Origin: an uncultured Gemmatimonadales bacterium
GTDB taxonomy: Bacteria; Gemmatimonadota; Gemmatimonadetes; Longimicrobiales; Gaopeijiaceae
NCBI GenBank assembly: GCA_963809895.1
Contig: CAWELD010000003.1
Span: 2,528,001 to 2,592,000 of the forward strand
DNA length: 64,000 nucleotides
Direction of reading: 5' to 3'
Shown: piece after piece, positions 55,757 through 64,000 of the stretch
Layout of the letters: each line of letters opens with the position of its first letter
Numbering within the stretch: position 1 is the first letter of the stretch
Notes under the pieces: model-generated
Seen by the model: the letters and a program-made list of their open reading frames with translations, nothing else
The model's database searches: none
What the model was told of the DNA's origin: nothing
Translations under genes and position numbers: made by a program

Positions 55757-57439
55757 TCACCGTCTGGTCAGCACGCGCCCCGCCAGAGTGTTCGTGAAGT
55801 GGCCCCCCGAGATCGCGGCCTGGCCGTTCACCAACACATGCACCATGCCTTCCGCCAGTTGGTGGGGATCCGTGAAGGTGGCGTCGGTGTGCACGCGCTC
55901 CAGGTCGAAGACCACCAGATCCGCGGCGGCACCCGGACGGATCTCGCCCCGGTCCGGCATGCGGTAGACGCGGGCCGGGAGCGACGTCATGGACCGTATC
56001 GCTTCCTCCAGCGTGACAACGCCCTGGTCCACCACGTAGGTCTCGAGCTTGCGGGTGAAGGTGGCATAGGAGCGGGGGTGGGGCACCCCCTCGCCCCACG
56101 GCACCAGGTCCCCGTCCGACGCGGTCATGGTGAAGGGCTGGACCATGATGGTCCTGAGGTCGTCGGCGTTCATGTTGAACGACACGATGCTGGGGCTGCC
56201 CTGCTCGAAGAGGTCGAGCGCCGTGTCGCTGGGATCCCGAGCGCGCTCACGCGCGAGATCGTCCAGGGTGCGCCCCTCGATGGAGGGATCCTCGCGGAAG
56301 CGACGGAACTGGATTCGGTCGGCCCCTCCCCGCCGAGCCAGGTTCTCCACAATGGCGGCTCGAATGCGTGTCCGGTCCGCGGGTCGGCCGAGCCGCGCCA
56401 GCAACGAATCCCGTCCGCCAGCCTCCGCCCAGCGCGGAAGGAGAGCCGCCGTGAGTCCGGTGGCCGAAGCCAGATAGGGATACTGGTCGGCATAGACCTC
56501 GATGCCCTCCTCCCGTGCCTGCCGCAGGCGGTGCACCAAGGCGAGCGAGTAGCCCCACACGGGCGGCCCCAACGCCTTGGCGTGCGTCCACACTGCGGGA
56601 ATCCCAGCCTCCCGGGCCACGGTGACGACCTCTTCCACGGCTGCCACCACACCGATCGTGTAGTCGGACTCGTCGCGGACGTGGCTCTGGTAGGCGCCTC
56701 CGTACTCTGCCACCACCCTCGCCAGCTCTACCAGCTCGCGGGTGTCGCTGTAGCTCCCGGGCGCGTAGAACGGTCCGCTCGACAATCCCCAGGCACCGTC
56801 CTTCATGCCCTGGCGGACCAACGCTCTCATGCGCTCCAGCTCCGCGTCCGTGGCCAGCCGGTCCTCCATTCCCATCACCTCTCGGCGGATGGAGCCGTGG
56901 GACACGAACTGGGCCACGTTCACCCCGAGGCTGTCGGCCAGAAGTCGTGACCGCTGCTCTGCCAGGTCCACCGGGCCGCCGCCGTCGGGATTGGCGAAGA
57001 TGGTCGTGACACCCTGGGCGAGAAGGGGCTGCGCATGGCTGAGGCCCGGCGTCGCAAGCCCGCCGCCAGCGTGGGAATGCGTGTCGATGAAGCCCGGCGC
57101 CACGTAGAGGCCGGTGGCGTCGATGGTGCGCTGCGCGATGGCCTCGGACAGGTCGCCGACCGCCGCGATGCGGTCCCCCAGGATCCCGACATCCGCCCGG
57201 AACCATGGGTTGCCGTCGCCGTCCAGGACCCGACCGTGCCGAACGAGGACGTCGAAGTACCGTCGCACGCCCGTTTGAGGCGCGCCCGTGTCTTGTGCCC
57301 GGACGGGGGTGCCAGCGCAGGCGGAGAGCAGAATCGCGGCAAGCAGCGCGCACGGGGTCCGCCCCGAGACGCGCTTCGAGGCGCCCCTGGGGACACGCTT
57401 CGAGACGGTGATCGAGAGGTGGTGGTCTGGATGGGTCAC
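55757..57439 (-). CDS. N-acyl-D-amino-acid deacylase family amidohydrolase, probable lipoprotein (start uncertain)
   Basis: LLSAC lipobox, APGFIDTHSH, SHVRDE, HPRSY, GAAADLVVFD, VLVNG. Confidence 0.87.
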   Translation of the reverse strand: MTHPDHHLSITVSKRVPRGASKRVSGRTPCALLAAILLSACAGTPVRAQDTGAPQTGVRRYFDVLVRHGRVLDGDGNPWFRADVGILGDRIAAVGDLSEAIAQRTIDATGLYVAPGFIDTHSHAGGGLATPGLSHAQPLLAQGVTTIFANPDGGGPVDLAEQRSRLLADSLGVNVAQFVSHGSIRREVMGMEDRLATDAELERMRALVRQGMKDGAWGLSSGPFYAPGSYSDTRELVELARVVAEYGGAYQSHVRDESDYTIGVVAAVEEVVTVAREAGIPAVWTHAKALGPPVWGYSLALVHRLRQAREEGIEVYADQYPYLASATGLTAALLPRWAEAGGRDSLLARLGRPADRTRIRAAIVENLARRGGADRIQFRRFREDPSIEGRTLDDLARERARDPSDTALDLFEQGSPSIVSFNMNADDLRTIMVQPFTMTASDGDLVPWGEGVPHPRSYATFTRKLETYVVDQGVVTLEEAIRSMTSLPARVYRMPDRGEIRPGAAADLVVFDLERVHTDATFTDPHQLAEGMVHVLVNGQAAISGGHFTNTLAGRVLTRR

Positions 57440-57604
57440 GTGCACCTCTATCTTGCTAGCCGTTGGACGGTCGCCGCGCACCCTCGGCACGGGGCAGCCA
57501 ACGTGCGCCGGGGCGCTCCCCCGGGCAACCGCGTCGGCGAACCGGGCGAGGCAGGCGGTGTACGCCGGTCCGCTCCGATTGATCACGAACGCGCGGAGGC
57601 GCCC

Positions 57605-59320
57605 ATGCGCTCGGCCGAAGAGCTGACCGAACTGCTCCACGACATCGACGGGCGGGGCTACAAGGCCTACAAGGCCATCGGGGGCCGGTGGGATCTGGGC
57701 GATTTCGTGCTGTCGGTGGACCACGTGCAGGGCGATCCCTTCGCCTCGCCGTCTCGCGTCTCTGCCCACCTGGCCGCCGAGGTGGCGGCGCTCCCGCCCT
57801 CGCTCCTCTCCAGCCCCGCGCGCAGGACCGGCGTCGCGGCCTGTCTCGCCCGTGCCTTCGCGGCCGCGGCCCGGGAGGCGTCGTCGCATCTGGGCAGTGG
57901 CAAGAGCGGGGTCGTCGTCATGGAGGACCCGGGACAGCTCGTGATCCCGCAGACCGCCGTGCGGGTGGATGCCGACGGGTGCGTCGAGGCCCGCTTCCGG
58001 GTTGGGCTCCCGGCCCGCGGACGCAGGGTTCTGGGGCACAAGGCCGCCACGCTGCTGGGTCGGACCGTGGCCGCGCTGGTCCGCGACACGCTTCCGGCGC
58101 CGGTCCACGACCCCGAGTCGCTGCGCCACGCCGCCGAGGTGAACGAGGACGCCGACGCCCTGCGCGCCTCGCTCCGGGACCGGGACCTGGTGGGCTTCGT
58201 GGCCGAGGGCGCCCGTCTGCCGCGTCGGAGCGGGGTGGACGACCGGCCGCTGGAGGGGCCGTCGGTGGTCTCGTTCGAGGCCCCGCAGTCGCTGAGGGTC
58301 GGCCTGGAGACCCCCAACTCGGGACTCGTCACCGGCATGGGCATCCCCCGGGGGGTGACGCTGATCGTCGGGGGAGGATTCCACGGCAAGAGCACCCTGC
58401 TGCGGGCGCTGGAGCGGGGCGTCTACAACCATGCACCGGGCGATGGCCGCGAGCGGGTGGTGGCGGACGCCGCGTCCGTGAAGGTACGGGCCGAAGACGG
58501 ACGCTCGGTGGCAGGCGTGGACATCTCGGGCTTCATCGACGGCCTGCCGGGAGGCGAGGACACGCATCGCTTCACCACCCCCAACGCGTCGGGATCCACC
58601 AGTCAGGCCGCCGGCCTGGTGGAGGCGCTGGAGGCCGGCGCCCGCGTGCTGCTGGTGGACGAAGACACGGCCGCCACGAACTTCATGATCCGGGACCGGC
58701 GCATGCAGGCGCTGGTACCCGCCGAGGCCGAACCCATCACCCCGTTCGTGGACCGCATCCGGGAGCTGGCGGACGGCGAAGGCGTGAGCTCGGTGCTCGT
58801 CCTGGGCGGCAGCGGCGACTATCTGGACGTGGCCGAGACCGTGATCCTCATGCGGGACTACCGGCCCCACGACGCCACCTCGGCCGCGCGGCGCGTGGCC
58901 GAGGAGCACCCGACGGGCCGACGCCACGAGGCCCGCGCGCCCCTGGCCCCTCGGCCTCGGCGCGTGCCGCTGCCGGCCTCGGTGGACCCCAGCCGGGGGC
59001 GCCGCGACGTCAGCGTGAAGGTCCGGGACCCCGACGAGATCCTCTTCGGAGACGAGACCCTGGACCTGACCGCGGTGGAACAGCTCGTGAGCTGGAGCCA
59101 GGCGCGGGCCGTGTCCGAGGCGCTGGTCCTGGCGCGCCGGGAGCTCATGGACGGCCGCCGTTCCCTGCCGGACATCCTCGACGGGGTGATGGCCCGGGTC
59201 GAGGCCGAGGGGCTCGACGTGCTGGACCGCCGGCGCCCCGGCGACCTGGCGGCCTTTCGCCGCTTCGAGCTCGCCGCGGCGCTGAACCGCCTCCGGACGC
59301 TCGAGGTCACGTCGTCATGA
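57605..59320 (+). CDS. predicted ABC-class ATPase domain protein
   Basis: DHVQGDPFASPS, GGGFHGKSTLL, RAEDGR, ASGSTSQAA, DEDTAATNFMIRD, GGSGDYLD. Confidence 0.88.
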   Translation: MRSAEELTELLHDIDGRGYKAYKAIGGRWDLGDFVLSVDHVQGDPFASPSRVSAHLAAEVAALPPSLLSSPARRTGVAACLARAFAAAAREASSHLGSGKSGVVVMEDPGQLVIPQTAVRVDADGCVEARFRVGLPARGRRVLGHKAATLLGRTVAALVRDTLPAPVHDPESLRHAAEVNEDADALRASLRDRDLVGFVAEGARLPRRSGVDDRPLEGPSVVSFEAPQSLRVGLETPNSGLVTGMGIPRGVTLIVGGGFHGKSTLLRALERGVYNHAPGDGRERVVADAASVKVRAEDGRSVAGVDISGFIDGLPGGEDTHRFTTPNASGSTSQAAGLVEALEAGARVLLVDEDTAATNFMIRDRRMQALVPAEAEPITPFVDRIRELADGEGVSSVLVLGGSGDYLDVAETVILMRDYRPHDATSAARRVAEEHPTGRRHEARAPLAPRPRRVPLPASVDPSRGRRDVSVKVRDPDEILFGDETLDLTAVEQLVSWSQARAVSEALVLARRELMDGRRSLPDILDGVMARVEAEGLDVLDRRRPGDLAAFRRFELAAALNRLRTLEVTSS

Positions 59321-60996
59321 GCCGCACTACCAGCCTCGCCCTGCCCCCCGGCCCGGCGCCCACGCCAGAGGCACTCCAGAGCGACGATCCGTCCCTGTCG
59401 CACGCGGCGCCGGCCCGGGGACGTCCGTTCCGGCTCGCCGGGCGCCGGGCGGTGGTCACCGGCATCGACACGCGAGGGATCACCGCCAGCCAGGGCGACG
59501 GGCAGCTTCTCACCGGACCGGTGACGCTGGAGAAGGGCCCCGGTGCCAACGTGGTGCTGGCACCCCGCTTCCTCCGCCGGGAGCTGCCGGCCCACGGGGC
59601 CTCGCTGCAGGAGCTCGTCCTGGTGCCCGCGGCGCTCCCGGGCTTCGCGGTTCAATGGACCGCGCGTTCCGGGTCGGGCCCCTGGAGCGCACGTCTCGAG
59701 GTCCAGCTGCCGGGTACCCCCGGGGGTGGAAGCCGCTGGAACGCCGAGGCGGGCATCCTGCGGGTGGCCGGCGGCGAGGGAGACGACGCCGGCTGTCTGC
59801 TGGCGCTGAGTCCCGCGGGCCCGTGGCAGGTGACGGAAGAGGGCGTGATCCGGCGAGCCCGGGTCGAGCTGGCGGTGCCCGAGGACGAGCCGCTCACACT
59901 GCTGGTGGCCGCCGTGGACGGGACCGGCGCCCTGCCCTCCCTGGCTTCGTTGGCCGCGCTGGAGGCCCACCGCCGTCGGCTCGAGGTGGAGCTGCGCGAC
60001 GCACCGGGGATCCGCCTGACCACCGGCGTCGCGGAACTGGACCGGACGGTGGCCTGGAGCCGAGCCGCCCTCAGGGCGGCGGTGGGGCCCGAGGCCCCGC
60101 CCTCCGAAGGTCCCGCGCCCGGGGGAGCACCGGAGCTCGCCGAGCTGCTGATGCCTTCGGCGCGTCGGGGGTGGGCCGTGATGGGTGCCCTGGCGGCCGG
60201 CGAGCACGACGTAGCCCGTGCGCTACTGGACCAGGGCTGCGACACCCCCACCGAGATCGCCGCCGCCGCGCACTGGATGGCGTGGACCGGCGACGCTGGC
60301 ACCTTGAGGGCGCGGGCCCTGACCGCTCCCCCGTCCCCGTCCCCGAGCGCGGGACGAGGCGTCCGGCTCCCCACGGTGTCGTCGCCGTCGCCGGCCTCGG
60401 GGCTGGTGGCGGCGGTCCTCGGAGATCCCGGGGCGGGAGGGCCGGCCCCGACGACGGCGCCCTGGAGCTGGGCGAAGGCGGAGAGTCCGGCCGAGGCGCT
60501 TCTCCTGGCGCGGGCGCACTATGCCTGGGGCGATGCCCACGGGGGATTCCGGCTCCTGCGGCCCGCGCTGTCGGCGCTCCTGGCCGACGGACCGCCCCTG
60601 GACGCCACGCTGCCTGCCCTGGCGATGTGGGCGCTGGTCACCGGGCTGCTGGGCGCACGCCCGGACGCGCCGGTGGGCCGACTGCGACTGGCGCCGGCGC
60701 TGCCCGGGTCCTGGACCGGCTTCGCCCTGGAGGGACTGAGGGTGGGGGATTCGGTGCTCGACCTGGAGTACCGGCGCAGCGGGTCCGGACACCTGTGGCG
60801 CTTTCGTCCTACCGCGGGGGCCGTCCCCCTGATGCTGGTGCTGGAACCCCTGATCGCCGTCGATGGCGTGGACCGCGTCGAGGTCGACGGCGCGGCGGCC
60901 GACGTGGACATCACCGACGCCGCGCCCGGCTACACGCGTATCCGGCTCCAACTTCCGCTGGACACGGAGCGCAGCCTCGCGGTGGAGGCGCGCTAG
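59317..60996 (+). CDS. hypothetical protein with six-hairpin glycosidase-like C-terminal region
   Basis: ATGA overlap; GLLGARPDAPVGRLRLAPALPGSWTGFALEGLRVG resembles the tail of (alpha/alpha)6 glycosidases. Confidence 0.55.
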   Translation: MSRTTSLALPPGPAPTPEALQSDDPSLSHAAPARGRPFRLAGRRAVVTGIDTRGITASQGDGQLLTGPVTLEKGPGANVVLAPRFLRRELPAHGASLQELVLVPAALPGFAVQWTARSGSGPWSARLEVQLPGTPGGGSRWNAEAGILRVAGGEGDDAGCLLALSPAGPWQVTEEGVIRRARVELAVPEDEPLTLLVAAVDGTGALPSLASLAALEAHRRRLEVELRDAPGIRLTTGVAELDRTVAWSRAALRAAVGPEAPPSEGPAPGGAPELAELLMPSARRGWAVMGALAAGEHDVARALLDQGCDTPTEIAAAAHWMAWTGDAGTLRARALTAPPSPSPSAGRGVRLPTVSSPSPASGLVAAVLGDPGAGGPAPTTAPWSWAKAESPAEALLLARAHYAWGDAHGGFRLLRPALSALLADGPPLDATLPALAMWALVTGLLGARPDAPVGRLRLAPALPGSWTGFALEGLRVGDSVLDLEYRRSGSGHLWRFRPTAGAVPLMLVLEPLIAVDGVDRVEVDGAAADVDITDAAPGYTRIRLQLPLDTERSLAVEAR

Positions 60997-61009
60997 CAGG
61001 TCGGCAGCG

Positions 61010-61243
61010 CTATCTGGACTTCCTGGACTTCTTGGGCTTACGGACCTTCATCTCGGACTCGTCCATGAATCCCTCGGCCACGAGAAGCTTCTGCAGCGAA
61101 TTCTCACGGTCGGGAAGCGAGGTCCGGGCGATTTCACGGGCGAACTCGATCCGTTTCATCTCGGGAACCCGGTCCAGGACCGCGATGGGCGCCCCGTAAC
61201 GAAGAAGGATGCGCTTCGCGTCCACGGCCACGGAATCGTCCAC
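61010..61243 (-). CDS. small hypothetical protein with basic C-terminus
   Basis: GTG start after AAGGGGG; DAKRILLRYGAPIAVLD; fills the intergenic gap. Confidence 0.6.
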   Translation of the reverse strand: MDDSVAVDAKRILLRYGAPIAVLDRVPEMKRIEFAREIARTSLPDRENSLQKLLVAEGFMDESEMKVRKPKKSRKSR

Positions 61244-61332
61244 GAAACCCCCTTGTCCTTCGGGAATGGTAGGGCGGCAAACGCAGTAATTTAGCGGCTG
61301 AGCCGACGCGCTACCAAGGCCTCCCCCGGGGA

Positions 61333-61938
61333 TCACCCACCGACGACCACCCCGAATGTGACGAAGAGGTCGTGCTGGAACGACGCCTCGACATCGGGCG
61401 CATCGAAACGGCTGACGAGATCCTGGAGCTCGAGGCGGCCCCGCACCACGCCGAGGCCCAGCTCCAGTCCGAGACCCAGGTGGCCCGTGATGTCGTTGGC
61501 ATCGCTGAGGATCGCCCGGGCGCCCTCGTCGGACAGATCCTCCCTGGTGAAGTCGTAGCGCTTCACGCCGGCGCCCAGCAGCACCAGGGGTTGCACGAAG
61601 ACCAGCGTCGGCAGGGGACGGATGACGAGCGCGGCGGTAGCCGCGGTCACGGTGCTGCGAGCGCAGGCGCTGCAGCCCACACCGGACACGGGCACTTCGG
61701 AGTCGGTGGCGTGCAGGACCGTGAAGCGGAGGCCCGGACCCAGTTCGAGGGCCCCTCCGTAGGCCAGCGACGACTCGCGCTTTCCGAACGACACGGCGTC
61801 GCCGGCAGACGGCAGCTCGGTGGCCGCCGCGTACAGCCCGACCTGCGGGATGACCCGGAATTGGGCCGAGGCGGGCGCCGGCACCAGCAGCAGTGCGACG
61901 AGGAGCCCGCGGGAGAAGTAACGACGGGAGCCAGGCAT
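61333..61938 (-). CDS. putative outer-membrane beta-barrel protein
   Basis: signal peptide ending ASA-Q, alternating beta-strands, terminal FVTFGVVV. Confidence 0.6.
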   Translation of the reverse strand: MPGSRRYFSRGLLVALLLVPAPASAQFRVIPQVGLYAAATELPSAGDAVSFGKRESSLAYGGALELGPGLRFTVLHATDSEVPVSGVGCSACARSTVTAATAALVIRPLPTLVFVQPLVLLGAGVKRYDFTREDLSDEGARAILSDANDITGHLGLGLELGLGVVRGRLELQDLVSRFDAPDVEASFQHDLFVTFGVVVGG

Positions 61939-62002
61939 GTGGACCTCGGTGGGGGTTGGGGCCGTTGCCGGGCTCCGGCGCGGAGCACGGACCGGCACGC
62001 CG

Positions 62003-62416
62003 TCAGTTCATGACGTGGGGACGGTCCTCGTCATCGAGGGGAGGCAGGGGCGCCTGGAGGGCGAATCGAGGAATGGCCACGCGGAAGCGGGCCCCGTCGG
62101 AGCTCTGGAAGGTGTAGTAGCCCTCCATGAATCCCACGGGAGAGCGTAGCACGCAGAAGCTGGAGTAGGCGTGTGCCTCGCCCGGAAGCAGGATGGGCTG
62201 CTCGCCGACCACGCCCTCGCCGTCCACCTCCACGTCGTCACCCGCCGCATCGTGGATGCGCCAGTGCCGGAAGAGGAGCTGGACCGGCCCGCCTCCGTGG
62301 TTCTCCACCTCGACCCGATACGAGAAGACGAACGTCCCCTCGCCGGGCTCGGAGCGCGCCAGCGAGAAGGTAGGACGGACATCGACCCGGACCCCCTGCG
62401 AGCTGTCGTCCATCAT
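62003..62416 (-). CDS. apaG: ApaG protein
   Basis: FVFSYRVEVEN, QLLFRHWRIHD, GEGVVGEQP, GFMEGYY. Confidence 0.95.
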   Translation of the reverse strand: MMDDSSQGVRVDVRPTFSLARSEPGEGTFVFSYRVEVENHGGGPVQLLFRHWRIHDAAGDDVEVDGEGVVGEQPILLPGEAHAYSSFCVLRSPVGFMEGYYTFQSSDGARFRVAIPRFALQAPLPPLDDEDRPHVMN

Positions 62417-62625
62417 GGTCGACTCCCGGGTGAGCAGGCCGCCCCATCGCCGGCCTCGTGCCAGGTACTACCCTCCGCCGGACCGAAGGGGTTCCAACGA
62501 TTCCCCCCGGCGCCACTCCCGCCCGGCTGTTAGATTTCGCGGACTGGGGAGCCCGTCCGAGTCGAGGAGTGCGGCCGCGGTCGGCTCCCGACGCCCGGGA
62601 GGAGCACCTCTGGCCCCCGCTACCG

Positions 62626-63321
62626 ATGACGTCGACTCCCAAGCGGTATTCGCCCTCGGTCGAGGACTACCTGAAGGCCATCTTCGCCATCAACGAGCGC
62701 GGAGAGCCGGCCTCTACCAGCGCGCTCGCCGGTGCGCTGGAGGTGGCGCCGTCGTCGGTGACGGGCATGATCAAGCGACTGGCCGAGACGGATCTCCTGG
62801 AGCATCTGCCGTACAGGGGCGTCCGCCTCACCGCCGCGGGCTCTCGTGAGGCGCTTCGGATCCTCCGGAGACACCGGATCCTGGAAACGTATCTCACCGA
62901 ACGCCTGGGCTATGCCTGGGACGACGTGCACGACGAGGCGGAACGGCTCGAGCACGCGGCCTCCGACCGCTTGATCGAGGCCATGGCCGCGGCGCTCGAC
63001 GACCCCAGCCACGATCCCCACGGGGCGCCGATCCCCACCGCCACCGGCGAGCTCGAGGCCACGGACTTCTCCACCCTGGCCGAGGGCTCGGCAGGGGACC
63101 GCCTCGTGATCCGGGCCGTCCAGGACAAGGACGCCGCCCGTCTGCGGTTCCTCGAGTCCCGGGGGCTTCTGCCCGGCGTGCGCGTGCGTATCCACGATCG
63201 CCAACCCTTCGGCGGCCCGTTCACCCTGCAGGTAGGAGACGGGGAGGATCGCATGGAGGTCGTCGGTGCGGAGCTCGCTCGACTGATCTTCGTGTCGCCG
63301 GCGGATCCCGGCGCCGCGTGA
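62626..63321 (+). CDS. DtxR/MntR family metal-dependent regulator with FeoA-like domain
   Basis: SVEDYLKAIF, SVTGMIKRL, RRHRILETYL, HDEAERLEH, DPHGAPIP. Confidence 0.93.
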   Translation: MTSTPKRYSPSVEDYLKAIFAINERGEPASTSALAGALEVAPSSVTGMIKRLAETDLLEHLPYRGVRLTAAGSREALRILRRHRILETYLTERLGYAWDDVHDEAERLEHAASDRLIEAMAAALDDPSHDPHGAPIPTATGELEATDFSTLAEGSAGDRLVIRAVQDKDAARLRFLESRGLLPGVRVRIHDRQPFGGPFTLQVGDGEDRMEVVGAELARLIFVSPADPGAA

Positions 63322-63941
63322 GCCGCCCCCTGGTCATCGGAGTCGCCGGTGGAAGCGGGTCCGGCAAGAGCACGGTGGTGCGGGAGATCGTGCGGGGCGT
63401 GGCGCCGGAAGCGGTCAGCATCGTGTATCAGGACGCCTACTACCGCGACTACGGCCACCTTCCCCAAGAGGAGCGCGCGGCCATCAACTTCGACCACCCC
63501 GACGCGCTGGAGAGCGACCTCCTGGTCGAGCATCTGGACGCGCTCCTCACCGGCCGTGACGTGGCCGTGCCCATCTACGACTTCAAGACGCACACGCGGC
63601 GGCCGGAGACCGAGACCGTCCGGGCCACCCGGGTCGTGATCGTGGACGGCATCCTGGTCCTCGCCGATCCGGAGCTGCGGGACCGCATGGACATACGGGT
63701 GTACGTGGACACCGACGCCGACATCCGACTGATCCGACGCCTGCGCCGGGACGTCGAAGAACGGGGGCGGACCGTCGATTCCGTCATCCGCCAATACGAG
63801 GCCACGGTGCGGCCCATGCATCTCGAGTTCGTGGAGCCCAGCAAGCGTTATGCGGACCTCATCGTACCCGAAGGGGGATTCAATCGCGTAGCCGTGGACA
63901 TGTTGGTGACCAAGATGGCTTCCATTCTGGCGGATCCGTGA
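63318..63941 (+). CDS. udk: uridine kinase
   Basis: IGVAGGSGSGKST, QDAYY, NFDHPDA, RRLRRDVEERGR, FVEPSKRYAD. Confidence 0.96.
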   Translation: MSRPLVIGVAGGSGSGKSTVVREIVRGVAPEAVSIVYQDAYYRDYGHLPQEERAAINFDHPDALESDLLVEHLDALLTGRDVAVPIYDFKTHTRRPETETVRATRVVIVDGILVLADPELRDRMDIRVYVDTDADIRLIRRLRRDVEERGRTVDSVIRQYEATVRPMHLEFVEPSKRYADLIVPEGGFNRVAVDMLVTKMASILADP

Positions 63942-64000
63942 CCGACGCGGCGCTCGCGCTGGCCGCCTGGCGCGGCCTTCCCGACCCCTCGTGCGTCGTG
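63938..64000 (+). CDS. 5' end of the next gene, product not determinable
   Basis: GTGA overlap with the udk stop and an open frame to the window end. Confidence 0.45.
   Translation, partial: MTDAALALAAWRGLPDPSCVV

Noticed and set aside
57360..57410. Imperfect repeat AC(G/A)CGCTTCGAG in the deacylase 5' region
   Set aside because: Small duplication encoding SKRV twice in the signal-peptide n-region; only two copies

Overview
High-GC (roughly 70% by eye) bacterial chromosomal window. The gene content (several PadR-coupled duplicated ABC permeases, Asp-box and beta-propeller proteins, SpmA/B) suggests Gemmatimonadota or a similar lineage; this is inference only. It holds about 50 CDS: rmlC/rmlB, cell-wall peptide recycling genes (ldcA, mpl), ggt, a MacAB-like ABC exporter, five orphan duplicated-domain permeases (three behind PadR genes), argG, cyoE, serA, typA, apaG, a DtxR-family regulator and udk. 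I saw no rRNA, tRNA or CRISPR array. Main observations: (1) a selenoprotein missed by the ORF track, a peroxiredoxin-like gene at 24929-25402(-) with an in-frame TGA in a W-U-P-H-C motif, a SECIS-like hairpin and a consensus sigma54 promoter; (2) a divergent Asp-box propeller + ubiquitin-like MoaD/ThiS pair; (3) a DUF222-HNH nuclease whose internal 16-bp palindrome recurs in an upstream non-coding region with nested inverted repeats, next to a decayed beta-propeller gene remnant; (4) all three padR promoters carry two tandem dyads with centres exactly 15 bp apart but with different sequences; (5) three single-base insertions (permease, response regulator, typA) that look like sequencing errors.
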